A DNA stretch of 63,117 nt, filler included, from Cercozoa sp. M6MM (GCA_040357565.1; 5 parts of 5 records of this genome joined end to end with filler, not necessarily neighbours in it); one strand, 5' to 3'; positions 13,772-25,860 are shown, counted from the whole stretch's first letter. Made by a program: numbers and translations. Notes: a model not told the origin generated them from the sequence alone.

Positions 13772-16700
13772 ATGTCTGCTCATTTGCAGTGCATCCTTGT
13801 CACTCTGAGCGTGTTTGCCGTGCAATTCAGTGGTAAAAATGCCTTGTATATGTGCACATATGTTACAATGCACAAGAACCTGGGTGTAAACTTAGAGTGC
13901 GTCGTTGCCAAAGATGATCACGAATCATTGGAGTCGCTCGGCCGGTCGAATGACGAAATCAGGCACTTTCGCCACCGAACCGTAGCGGTAAATCCGAAGG
14001 GGGTTGTGCTATTTCAACTGTATCTTAGTATACTGTAACAAAATTAACACACTGCAGAACATGGAGACGGCAAGCAATCAGATCAAGGCAGCGATGCATG
14101 AGTTGCGATTTCGTCTGGGTCACATTGAGGAGGTGTTCGAGGCTACAACTACGACCACAACGACAACAACAACAACGCCAACGGAAACGACGACAACAAC
14201 AGCAACAACGACAACGGCGACAGCGCCATGCGTGTGCCTTCGAGAAAACCAAGGAACCGCAGACACGTGCCCACTTGCTCCAGAAGAACCCTTCGGCAGA
14301 GGCGAGAGTTGCACCTGCGATTTTGAGTGCGCAACTGAGCCGACTGCCTGTACTGTACCTCCTTTAAAACACACGACCGTATTTGATCATATGTGAACTC
14401 TAGTGCTCTGTGCGAGCGATTGCATGCGCGAGAACTCGCCAGTTAACGAAGCGAACGTGTGCGTTCTAGCCTCAGGAGACGCATCGCGAGGAGACAACTG
14501 CTTTTGTGATTCCGAGTGTCCAGAGGGTACAGTGCAGTCTCGACGTTAACTCTTGAATCTTCTGAATGCCAGGAACTTGGCAGGACTGTGCTCAACCGAG
14601 TGCATCGTTGTCTTGCCGAACGGCGGCACAAGCCAACTGGTTGATCGCTGCATCTTGAGCACTGCAAGTGTTCCTGCCAACTCAGCATGCGTATGCACAT
14701 CGGAGTGTCTGCAAGGTCTTTTGTGCATCGGCGACGACGACATGCTTGCCACACCTCGAAACTGCGGCTTGCCGATCGGTGCTGACTGCAGTGCCGATGA
14801 TGACATGTGCATTTCGGGCAGTTCATGTGTGCTAGGCACGTGTATTCTAAATGGACAGCTGCGTGGAGCATGTTTTACCTCCGATGACTGTTCTCAGTCT
14901 CCTGACGGTACAAACCGCAGATTAAATGTTCATAATACTGTATTTTAAACTTAGTATGAATAACGGGTTTCTTTTTGGGGGCAGCAATGACGTGTGAGAA
15001 TGGTCGATGCGTGCTGCCTCTGGGTCCGAGCAGTCAAGTCTGCAGCTCGCGTTTCGATTGTCCGTCGGGTCAGTTGTGCTCGAGCGGCAACTGTCTGCTG
15101 CCCACTGGTGCCAACTGTGGCATTGATATCGACGGCGACGGCACCCTAGACAACGATGTTCTCTGTGTCGCCGGCTGTGATGCTTCCCTGTTGACTTGTG
15201 ACCCAACGAATGCTCCACAGAACCAAGACTGTGGACGTGAAGAATACACTGTGAACCCGGCGGATCAAGTCGAGTGCTCTGATTTGACTACGACATGTGC
15301 CAACTCAGGTCTCGGAGCTGCACCAGTAGACCCTTCGGGGTCACTCAAATGTCTCCTACGAGACGGCCAGTCCTGCAATCAGGACAACGAATGTGCCTCG
15401 GGTCGGTGTGACACGATCTGTCTGGTCACTCCGTACACACAAGAACTGCGCCAACAGAGCGGCTTCCCGGCCTCTGTTCCCGATGACTGCACCGGTGCCA
15501 ACACGTGTGTCGGAGCTGCTCTCTGTGTAGGCAATACCTGTCAGTTCACACTGCCAGGAAACGACTGCTCTGGAAACGAGGGCTCCTTCGAAGTTTGTTC
15601 CATGCGAGACTTTGAACTGATGACTGACCTCGCCAGTGCGGCCTGTTCGCCGACTGGACTGTGTCCTGAACCGTGCGACTGTACTCGCCTGCGAAGCGAC
15701 GCTCTTTCAGCTGAGGTGTATCTCCCGCTGGACGAGTGTCCCGCAGCCGACGCTTTCGCACTCGGAACGCAGTGCCTGTGCGACACGCAATGCGCCTCTG
15801 GTTTCTCCCTTTCACTTTCACTGATTGTAGTCATGATTTTTGATATTTTCCTGGTGACTTCAGGTGCATGTTCTTTCGACTGCACGGTGGATCAAGGGGC
15901 AACATTCACTGCTGAGCAGCACGTGTGTGTTGAGAGCCCCGGTGTGCTCACGTCAGGCCAAGGCTGTCGATGTGACTCTGAGTGTTTGAATGGTCAGTTT
16001 GACCAGTCACAATGAGCTAGTTTTGTAAATATTGGATTGTCTTCACACAGAGCTTTTCTGCGACTCGGCCAGTCGGGTGTGCACTCCTCCTCCTTGTGGA
16101 TGCACCCGAGAAGCGCAGGAAGTTGACCCTCAGCCTGACCCTTGTCCCGAGGCGATTCCTCCTCTCAAAGGGCTCGGACAGAACTGCGTGTGCGACTTTG
16201 AATGCAATTCCGGTACTCCCAGTCTTTTTGGTTTTTCGTTTTTTACTGTATTATGACACGCGACCGTGGATCAGACGAGTGCTCGATCGACTGCACGCTG
16301 GACCGCGGAGAAATGGCTGCAACCGAACCGAACGTATGCATTGAGACTGCTGGCAGTGTTGCACCAGGCAACAGTTGTCGATGCGATTCCGAATGCGCGA
16401 GTGGTCAGTTTTTGGAACCGAAAGTTCATGTGGCTGATCTTGTTTAGTCCAAACTTGAGACTGTTCTTAAGTAGGCTTTGTGTGCGACTCGACAAGCACG
16501 AACTGCGAGTGTGATTGCAAGCGAGCAGGCGTGAAACTCGTTCCGGAGCCTGTACCTTGTCCAGACCCGAATTCGCCACCCCTCGACCTGTCGCTTGAAT
16601 CCGCATGCATGTGCGACTCGGACTGCGGCACAGGTGCTTTGACTCTTGCTTAACTATATACTAGGCAATAGAAGTAGATAAATTTATAAACTACTGTTTA

Positions 16701-17709
16701 GACCTGGTCTGCGACCCGGACCGCGCAATCTGCGTGATCGCAGTTGGAACAACTTCCATCGACTGCAACGATCGCTCCGAGTGTCCCAGTGGCACACTCT
16801 GCAATCCCGACACTCTGAACTGCCTGCTGCTGACTGGTGGCAGTTGTGCCGACGAGATCGGCATGCCAAACCACGATGTCTGCCTTGCCGATTGCATCTC
16901 GGTCTCTGGCTCGCTGGTGTGCGATAAGTCTCGGGGACTCTTGAACGATCCTTGTGGCATCGAAGAGTACCACCCTGTGTCCAACAGTATTGAGTGCCTC
17001 GGTGCGAGCTTTGCGTGTGTCAATTCGGGTACATACAATCACATTTCTCGATGCGCTCGGTACTTGTGCCTTCTCTATAAGTCGATGACGACCAGGCATT
17101 GCGCAAGCTGGAGAAACTGGCGTCTACGACCCTTTGGCACCACTTCTCTGCTTGAAACGAGACGGATTAATTTGCACCAGCAACACAGAGTGTGCCTCAG
17201 GCGCCTGTCGGTCTGGATTCTGCGCGGTGACTCCGTACACTCATCGACTGAAGCAACACTCGACAGGCAGCACGACCGACTACTGCAGCAGCGGTCCTTC
17301 CTCGAGTTCGATCGATTGTCTGCCTGGAGTAAGCTGTGTCGGCAACGAGTGCGACTTTCCGATGCCAAATGAAAGCTGTGCAACTGACAGTTCGCTGTTC
17401 GAATGTTCAATGTTGGGCTTCCATCTGAGTGATCTTGAGAGTGCCGCCTGCGGTGCTGTCACGAGCCTGCTGTGTCCTGCGCCCTGCGGCTGCACTCGAC
17501 AAGGCAGCGAGGTGATACTGCCACTGGCCGAGTGTCCTGCCTCGGGCAGCGCGCCCACTGGCACACCCTGTCTGTGCGATCACGAGTGCTCTGGTATGCT
17601 GCCTTTATAGTTTATAGTATAGTACTGCGCTGGACGGGACTACTACATGATATGTTTGTCTATGTGAGTTGCAGCTACTTGCTCGGCCGCGAGCATGCTG
17701 TGCCTGTAA
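13772..17709 (+). CDS. Large secreted cysteine-rich repeat protein with Thr-rich stalk
   Basis: Signal peptide MSAHLQCILVTLSVFAVQFS; poly-Thr; about 9 CxCDxEC-type modules; duplicated large Cys-rich block. Confidence 0.8.
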
Positions 17710-17999
17710 GACAAGGCAGCAATCACAGTACGAGAGGTTGTTCGCTCACTGGGTGCCCGTGTAGACGACGGCACGGTACCGTACCAGGAACTACTGTAGC
17801 CTGTCGGTACTGCCGAAGCCATAGCCAATGGAGTCAGTATATGCATGTAGTCAGTGTACAGTACTGTCAGTTTCCGTTCTCAGTGATCAGTTCTGTTTGA
17901 ATACTGTACAGGATTCAGTTCACTCAATTCAGTTTACAGTCAATATCGTATACGTAGTGGCAGACCATTGCGACGCAGAGTCAGTCCCGACAAAAAAGA

Positions 18000-18579
18000 C
18001 TACTGTGCCTCAAGGACGACGAAAGCCAGCGCGAGTTCGCCATCATGACTAATGGAGAGATGCGATTTGACGTGCAACTCCTCTTCCACTAACTGCAGAC
18101 ACAAAGAAAGATTCTGTCACCAGTCGAGCAGGTGTACAAAGAAAGATCAGCTCATCTCACTTGTCGCAACTCGCCGTGAAACCGAAAAACTGGTGCCTTG
18201 CCGGCAGCGTGTGCTGCGTCAGTACTCCTCGTCACTTCCATCTCGGGAAACAAAACGCGTCGCCCGATCGCTTTCGTCAGTGCTACAAACACGCTTCAAA
18301 CCAATTAATAATGGGAGTATAAAACACAAAACTGACCTTCCTTGGCAGCCCAGCGACTGGCCAAAAATCTCGCCTGTTCATCCTCATGCTGCAGCGCGTG
18401 AAATGCGACAATTTCGTTCGTGTGATATGCTTTCTGGAGAAACCGCTCGCCTGAGAAAAATACAACAAAATCAACATTTGTTAATTCCAGCGCTAACGTT
18501 TATTGGAACCCCTCCGCGCCCAAACGCCGAAAACGCGCGTTGTGACAGCAATATCGGTCCCTATGCCAAAAATCCCCAT
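18000..18579 (-). CDS. acpS: Holo-[acyl-carrier-protein] synthase (AcpS-type 4'-phosphopantetheinyl transferase), 4 exons
   Basis: Spliced translation MGIFGIGTDIAV...GERFLQKAY...RFLASRWAAKEALTKA...HLSISHDGELALAFVVLEAQ* carries the GxD, RWAAKEA and SISHD motifs; absent from the ORF track. Confidence 0.9.
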
Positions 18580-18734
18580 GTTCAAGTGCGCAGTGTTCCT
18601 AAAATCGATTGCATCAAGCGTAAAGTCACCCCTTTAACCAGGCAAAACCAAAACGTTGTCTTGGGGCGTCACAGCTGTGCTCACGCAGACGAGCTTAGCA
18701 GTGCTTGTTGAGAACAGTGTGAGGCTAGACAAAA

Positions 18735-19454
18735 ATGCCCGTGAAGCTGCGTCTCGTGAAACGCGGCACCAAGACCTACCCCACGTGGAAGGTGATCGCG
18801 CAGCACCACGAGAAGATGCCCAGGGTATTTCGCACCTGCATGCTGTGTGTGCAGCGCGATCAATGTGCATTATTTTTGAAGCGGTTTTATTTTTGATACA
18901 TTTTTCGTTTTTGTAGCATCGACGCTTGGAAACGCTGGGCTCCTTCGACCCGAACTACACTCGACAAAAGTTCAACATCCTGCGTCTCAATGTGCCGCGC
19001 GTGCAGTACTGGCTTGCCAAGGGTGCTGAGGTAGTTTTCCATCTTTTGCAAAAAATAAACTCGCTTTGGTGTGATTGGACCTTTTGTCTTGCTGTAGCCG
19101 TCGCCGGCGGTGAACCGATTGTTCGCCATTGCTGATCTCATGCCGAGGTACTCTAGCTCGCTTTGCCAGCCCAATTTTGCCAGCCCAATTGACACGAAAC
19201 TGTGTATCATCTGCTTGGTTGCTTGAATGAAGAGTGGTCCTGCGCACGAAGAATTACCCGGCCGAGGAGTTCAAGAAGCTGCAATTCGATTTCGACTGGC
19301 GCACCAGCTTCGCGCTCGATCAGTTTGAACAGTTCGGCATGCAGGTATCCTCGTTCTTGTTTGCTTTGCCTTTTCGACTGATGCAATGTTGCCAAAGACC
19401 ACCAAGGAGAGCGTGTACCGCAAGACCTCGGAACTGCTGCTGGAGACGAAGTAA
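18735..19454 (+). CDS. MRPS16: Mitochondrial ribosomal protein bS16m with C-terminal extension
   Basis: MPVKLRLVKRGTKTYPTWKVIA...LETLGSFDP...LRLNVPRVQYWLAKGAEPSPAV follows the S16 family pattern. Confidence 0.85.
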
Positions 19455-19630
19455 CTGAGCGAACAGTCCGTAGTAGCCGTCTAATTTATTCCACTCGTTT
19501 TGCCGGAGAGTCCCACTGCTGGCTGTAGTGCTATCGGCTCACCCGACTTGAAATAGTGAGCCCACTGATCGAGTCGAAACAGTTGGATTACGTCAAGACA
19601 AATAGATAGACGTGTTTGCCGCGTGAGAGC

Positions 19631-20105
19631 ATGCGATTTACAGTGTTTACACTGCTAGTCGTTGTGTGCGCTCTGCTAAACTTTGGAATGTCTCAGGAAG
19701 ATCAGAATCAGGGAGATCAAACACTCGCATTGCCGAGTGCCGCCAATGTCACCAACAGTTTGGTATTCAGAACGTGTGTTCGTGTCCACCCTGTAGACAT
19801 CTCACTTGTGTGCGTATGCAGGAGGTGGGTGGCGAAAGCGTCAAACTGGACGCACTGGGCCCCATCGTGATCAACTCGGATGGTACTATGTCGCGCATCG
19901 CCAACTGGTACCGCAAGCTTATAGAATCGAGCTTCACACGAACAGTTGACTGAACTTGTGTCTGCGATTCAATCTGACAGGCAAAACATGACACAGCGCG
20001 AGCAGGCAATGACGTGGAAGAGACTCGCCAAGCGCAACAAACTGCGACGTGAGCGACTGCTCCAGCAGCAACAACAACAACAGCAACAACAACAACAACA
20101 ACAGC

Positions 20106-20136
<31 letters not shown>

Positions 20137-20188
20137 GCAACACGAACCCACCAATGGTGATGAGCAGGACGCCAAGGGGGACTTGTAG
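19631..20188 (+). CDS. Conserved eukaryotic hypothetical protein with signal peptide and polyQ tract
   Basis: VKLDALGPIVINSDGTMSRIANW-QNMTQREQ...KRN motif recalled from uncharacterised fungal/algal proteins; (CAA/CAG)n at about 20063-20140. Confidence 0.7.
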
Positions 20189-20379
20189 CCTCAAATTTCA
20201 CTTCGTTTTTCGATCAGCGAGCTTAAGGCTTACGGGACTAGTACGGGTTGAATGTTACAGCTTGATCTGACAGTATCCGCGTGGAAGCCATTTTAAGACT
20301 TAAAAAAAGGGTAACTCACTCTTTCAAACTGACACTTGGCCACTCTGTCTACCTTCAAGAACAGACTTTCTTACGTTCC

Positions 20380-20713
20380 TTAGTTAGTTAGTTGAGTCTT
20401 CTAGGAAACCAACTATGTAGTTCCCCTGCACCAGTCTGGGGTGGGTCACAAGAGCATGGCCGTGTCTACCGCCCGCTTAGGGTAGGACCATACAGCTCCC
20501 CTTTTGACGTTCCCCAGACATCGAAGTCGACTTCATGGTTGGTGCAGGTAGCGGGCTACAAGTAGAGAGGCGTCGCAGGCGGCGTCGGGTCGTCCCGTCG
20601 TCGTCCTCCCGTCTCTCCACTCGATACCTAAACAAAACAAATAAACGGACATAGACTTAGGGCCACCACTGCTGTGAGTGGTGGCCTAGTCTATGTCGGG
20701 GACCTCTCGGTCC
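20380..20713 (-). mobile_element. Dispersed repeat (SINE-like), longest copy, ends in (AACT)n
   Basis: Segments shared with 26917-26955, 51684-51742 and 58147-58166; scaffold ends within or next to it; 5' extent unknown. Confidence 0.55.
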
Positions 20714-20813
20714 NNNNNNNNNNNNNNNNNNNNNNNNNNNNNNNNNNNNNNNNNNNNTTAATTAATTAANNNNNNNNNNNNNNNNNNNNNNNNNNNNNNN
20801 NNNNNNNNNNNNN
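20714..20813. other. Artificial scaffold linker (N/TTAATTAATTAA/N)
   Basis: Six-frame stop linker embedded in Ns. Confidence 0.95.
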
Positions 20814-21790
20814 TGGCCCAGATCTGTACGACTCGCTGAAGGGCGTGGAACGCGAGAAGGTGCGTTTCGTGTTGTTGTTATTTCGGCTGTGTTGTTGTTG
20901 TTGTTGCCAGTGTCTCACATTCTGCCCGTGTGTCCGCGCGGACAGACGAACCCGTGTCGACCGGCGCAGCAGACCGAGCTGCACATGCGCGAGACGGTGG
21001 GGGTTTTCACTTAAGGGTTGTACTTAAGGGGTGTTGTAGTTAAGGGTGTTGTAGTTAAGGGGGTGTTCAGTTAAGGGTGTCGTAGTTAAGGGGTGTTGTA
21101 GTTAAGGGGGTGTTGTTGTTAAGAGTGTTGTAGTTAAGAGGGTGTCTGTGTGCAGTTCGACCTGCTGTGGGCGTGCGCCAATGGCGATTTGCAAGGTGCT
21201 CTNNNNNNNNNNNNNNNNNNNNNNNNNNNNNNNNNNNNNNNNNNNNNNNNNNNNNNNNNNNNNNNNNNNNNNNNNNNNNNNNNNNNNNNNNNNNNNNNNN
21301 NNCCAGACGGCGACTGGGACCGTCGCACGCCGCTGCACGTCGCTGCCGCACACGGTCACATCGAAGTGTAGCCAGTTTTTATCTGCCTCCCCTTTAACTA
21401 TCTCCTGTCTGTCCCTTAACCATCTCTGCACCCGCTTAACTATCCCGTATCTACACCCACTTAACTGTGTGTGTGTGTTGTGCAGCGTGTCCTTCCTGCT
21501 GCAGTACTGTGCCGTCGATGTCAATGCACTGGATCGGCACGCCAAGACGCCGCTCGATGATGCGTATGTTGACCCCCCTGTTTACCCCCTGTTTACCCCC
21601 CTATTCCCCTCCTTCCCCCCCCCCCCCAGGCAAAGCAGCTCCGTCGAAGCGTCGCGCGCGCGAGCAGTTCACGAGCGACGATGCCGCCAGCAGCGAGGCC
21701 GACGCGGCTGAGCAACCGCCGGCCGCGCGGACGACAGGCAAGCCGCGCGGTTTGTCCATCCGCGTCACTGACGAGTCAACCCAGCCATGA
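20814..21790 (+). CDS. GLS: Glutaminase 3' part with ankyrin repeats (partial)
   Basis: LYDSL...TNP...FDLLWACANGDL...[44 protein letters not shown] parallels the GLS C-terminus; catalytic domain is not in the window. Confidence 0.65.
21010..21142 (+). repeat. Intronic minisatellite (TAAGGG(G)TGTTGTAGT)n
   Basis: About 8 imperfect 15-17 bp units. Confidence 0.85.
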
Positions 21791-22070
21791 TCATTTCGTC
21801 CCTATAGGTTGTCCTTTGATAATAGATTCGATTCTCGTCCTGCTAGCAGTGTCAAACACTAGATTTTAGGAGCAAAATGCACTCCAGATCTTAGACCTGA
21901 GTCGCCATGTTGGAATGTGCGACATCGACGTAATTTTGTTTTTTATTAACCTTAGCAACAATTGCACTGAAATTGAAGTGCATTGTACGTGGCGTTGTGT
22001 GCACTGCTTGTGTGTTAGCTTCTGGTGTTGATCTTTCGAGTGTCAAGTGCCAGAACAACAAAAAATCGAA

Positions 22071-23669
22071 ATGAGTCAGTCCGTTCAGAATCCGGGTAAC
22101 TAACTCATCGTTGGTGGCTTGTCAAACCTAACCCAGTGAGATAACTTCGCAGGCCCAGGCAGCGGAAAGAAAGGTTTTATGGCGTCGTTACGCGAGCGTC
22201 TTCAGCATGAAAGTATCCAGTGCAGCTATTATCCCGTCTGATATCGCATGGGTACAGAAGTGTTTCATAGGTGACTCCGACGACGATGATCGAGGGCAGC
22301 TGCATGAGCTCAAGCTGGAAAATGAAGCTCTCAAACAGCAGGTACAAACAATCTCGTTCGTTGATCGAATGATGGCGGAATGGGGTGCCAGAATGACTGG
22401 TTGGGACTGTAGGTGGCAACACAGCGAACACAACTCGCCGAGCTGGCGCTAGATCTACAGAACGCACGTGCCGAGTCGCAACAACTGTCGAAACGGCAAG
22501 CAGAGTCGACACAGGACACTCTGGTAAGGTTGTTCACCCGACTCGATTATTGAAGCCTGTGTTTGTGTTTTGTGTTGAGCCTGTGTTTTGTGTCAACACA
22601 AAACACCCTTTTATACAGATCGCCAAGGAGGAACGAAGAAAAATTGAAGCCGAGTTTGCTCAGCGCGAAGCCAAGGTACAGTCGACCTGAAGTTCTGATT
22701 ATTTCTTTTCAAAACCTCTTCCTCAGTGGCAAAGCGAAATCAAGGAACTGACCGAAGGTAGCACTCTGCTTCAAATAGGGTAACACTGGATGTTTTACCG
22801 CCCAACACTCTCGCAGTTGCTTCTACACTGAAGGCACGGAATGTTGAGTTAAAGCGCCGGTAGTTTCTAGCTTTTGTTCACTGACCACCGGCCTCTTTTG
22901 TGAAACTGAGTGTTGGTGTTTAGGGAGAATGTGTTGCGACGGGACGTGCGAGAGGCTGCCAGGGTGACTTCTATCGAGACATCTAATTGCCGAGTCTGGG
23001 ATTCTTTGCACTGTCTGTAATACAGAGTGCCGCTGACAATGAGAAAATGGCGCGAAATGCGCGCAAAATCGCCGCTGAAAACGAAGCGCTGCGTGGCGAG
23101 ATTCAGCGGTGCTTCTGCCTGCATCGATGTGTACGCACTGCATGTGACTCAAATAAGTTACTTTTAATTGCAGAAAGAACGAATCGCTGCTAGCTGCGAT
23201 GCAGTGCCAGCAGTTTGTGTACCCACTTTTATCTGAAGTCTCTGTTCCTGCTGAGTGCGTGTGCTTGTGGACAGCGAGTCCGAGGACCAGAACAGTGTGT
23301 CGAAGACTGTGCCTGTTGCCAACACCGGGGGCAGAAGCGGCAACACCGGCGACAGCGACATGCGCGTGCTCGCGCAGCGTCTGGTTGAGGTAAATAGAGC
23401 TTTTGCGCGTCGACTTCAGTTTGCACGTGCTGGAACATGCAGGACGTGCGTACACGAGAGGAAGCACTGCGTGCCATGCGTTTGTACGTTTTGTGTTTGT
23501 ATGTACAAATCCAACACTAGGGATTCTGTGTAGCTCGAATCGCATGCTCGGACAGCGCGTGATTGAGCTGGAGCAGCAGCTGCAGCGCCTTGGCCTTGCT
23601 GCTGACGGAAACGCCGCCGTGGACCAGGAGGAAGCCACTGCCAACGGCGCCAGTGTCTCACAAAATTGA
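22071..23669 (+). CDS. Coiled-coil hypothetical protein (multi-exon)
   Basis: Heptad-like exons ELKLENEALKQQ, RKIAAENEALRGEIQ, RVIELEQQLQRL; GT-AG introns. Confidence 0.65.
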
Positions 23670-24019
23670 CCTTTGCTGTCCTGGGAAGTCAAACGCGCGG
23701 CGGGGCGGGGCACGATTATCGATGCCAAGCACGGGGGCGGCCCAAAATACAGTTCTCAAATCCCCTAGCGTCTACTGTAGTGAATGGTAAAGATAAAACG
23801 AGTCTGTAGGTCTGTTTCAAGATTACTTACTGCCCACAAGGCCGATACACGGCACGGTTCGAAAGGAGCAAGTCAGTACCTGATCTTTGACCGCTATCAG
23901 CCTATCACCTACTGGCAACGCACGCTTGTTGCGTGAGTAAACTGACTGGCCCATGACTCGTTTTCTAGTCAGCAGAAAAGACTTTGTTGGATCAACGACG
24001 ATTATTAGTATATCGAATC

Positions 24020-24690
24020 AGTCAGGCAGCTGTAGCGATCTGCTGTAACCCAAGTGGGTGACCATGAGGAGTTGGGAGGCAGCTGGGCTTGTTCCCTGGG
24101 CGTTGTTGGCATATGCGCTTGACGGGTCGTCCCACGCGAAGACCGAGTTGGCACTGGGCACTTTCCCGAAGGGGACTGTGTTTCATGCATTGAATACCCG
24201 AACGGTTGAGGCAGGAAACTGAGCAGACACAAGGGTGTACTTGGAACTGGCGAGTGGGATTGCGTCCTGGAGCTTGTCGACGAGGCCCATCCAAGGGGAA
24301 CTGTCGCTGCTGTCCACCTGTTCCTTTCCTCATTCTTCTCTTTTATTTTTATTAAATGATTCAGTTTGAATAAGCGAAGTTAATAAATACTCCACCAACC
24401 AGGAAATCATACTTCGATTGATTTAGAAAATCGTGAGAAGATTAAAAAACCTTCTCTCAACAGCAGCCAATGCTTGCTTGTAGCGGCGGAAGTCGCTGGA
24501 TGAGGTTTTCTCTTTGCTAACCAGGCTCAATCGACAGGACATGCTTTCAGAGGTCCCACCACAATGTCTGGGTTCATCCCCGCGGATCCCGGAGACTTGT
24601 TACGGCACAGCGCTTCCCAAGTCGTCCTCTGACTACAGTACTCAAATCTGAACAATTCTTGGGCTGTTTTTCATTTGCCATCAACAAGCC
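24020..24690 (-). pseudogene. Possible decayed coding sequence
   Basis: Protein-like stretches (SSDFRRYKQALAAVERRF; WMGLVDKLQDAIPLASSKY) broken by stops and frameshifts; no family recognised. Confidence 0.25.
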
Positions 24691-24856
24691 TCTGAGCTTT
24701 CGACGCCGTTCTAACTGACGTTTTACTTTCTTTATTTAGTCGCCTTCAATACCTTGGTTTCTGGTTTCCAAACCGTAACAGCCTGCATAATCTGAGTCAG
24801 TCTGTAACATATTCGATTCATGCTCAGTATGATACGGTATCGTAACGCTTCGTGAA

Positions 24857-25654
24857 TTAAGCGTGCAGCGGACAGCGCTGCGAGCCGGGCAGCTTCTCAC
24901 ACTCGGGACACAGCTGTATCCACAAAGTACATAATTTAAAATTGATGCGCGGGTGAGGTGTGGAGGAGCATCTACCGGACAGTCGCAGTCGTCGGTCGAG
25001 TGGCAGAACCAGTGCTCCTCCTGGCACTTGGGACCCGGCCACGGCGACAAACAGTAGTAGCACCTGATGTGCACACACACAGATATGCATATACACAGCA
25101 CATACAGACTCTTGATATGATATATATATATATGGATATAGATATAGACTATTATACATATCTATCTAAACCATATGTAGATAATCACACCAGTGTTTGC
25201 CACAGCGCGAGCCGTCCTTGTTCTTGCCAGGACAGCCGTTCATGTTGTAGCCAATGTGCTGCACATATCACACATCACACACACATGCGGACAGCGTGTG
25301 TCCCCAAGAGACGGGGTGAGGAGGAAAGTTACGTGACAGCCGTCGCCCTTAAAGTGCGTGATCGGCGAGTCGCAGAACGGGCCTGTAGTAACAGGGGGTC
25401 AGGGGGTCAGGGGGAGGGAAGGGGAGGGGGATGTCAAACTGACAGTGCTTGCTGCCCGGGATGTTGCGCCACTGCGACTCCTCCTCGCGTTTCTTGCGTT
25501 GACCTGTCCCAGTCACCCAGTCACCCAGTCACCCAGTCATACACACACGTGTGAGCAGGGAGGGTACACTCGGGACACACGAAGTCGGCGGCGGTGCGAC
25601 CGTTGTCCTGCTGCATGGCGTCAAAGTCGGCGGCGCAGTCGCTCCTGCAACACC
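24857..25654 (-). CDS. RBR-type E3 ubiquitin ligase, 3' part (Rcat/RING2)
   Basis: Spliced FVCPECQ...SKHCPFCDSPITHFKGDGCHHI...CGKHWCYYCLSPW; GCHHI catalytic-Cys motif; 5' end lies in the gap. Confidence 0.75.
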
Positions 25655-25712
25655 ACGTGCACACACTCTCACTCAGTAATCCACTCAGTGACCACATGGT
25701 CGATCAGTGAGT

Positions 25713-25760
<48 letters not shown>

Positions 25761-25860
25761 NNNNNNNNNNNNNNNNNNNNNNNNNNNNNNNNNNNNNNNN
25801 NNNNTTAATTAATTAANNNNNNNNNNNNNNNNNNNNNNNNNNNNNNNNNNNNNNNNNNNN
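25761..25860. other. Artificial scaffold linker
   Basis: TTAATTAATTAA within Ns. Confidence 0.95.

Noticed and set aside
18052-18711. 219-aa + strand ORF
   Set aside because: Antisense shadow of the spliced AcpS gene.
20758-20769. Recurring TTAATTAATTAA palindrome (also 25805, 28611, 57469)
   Set aside because: Always embedded in N runs; it is a synthetic six-frame-stop linker, so synteny across it is meaningless.
21010-21142. Telomere-like or CRISPR-like array
   Set aside because: Irregular units without unique spacers, confined to an intron.
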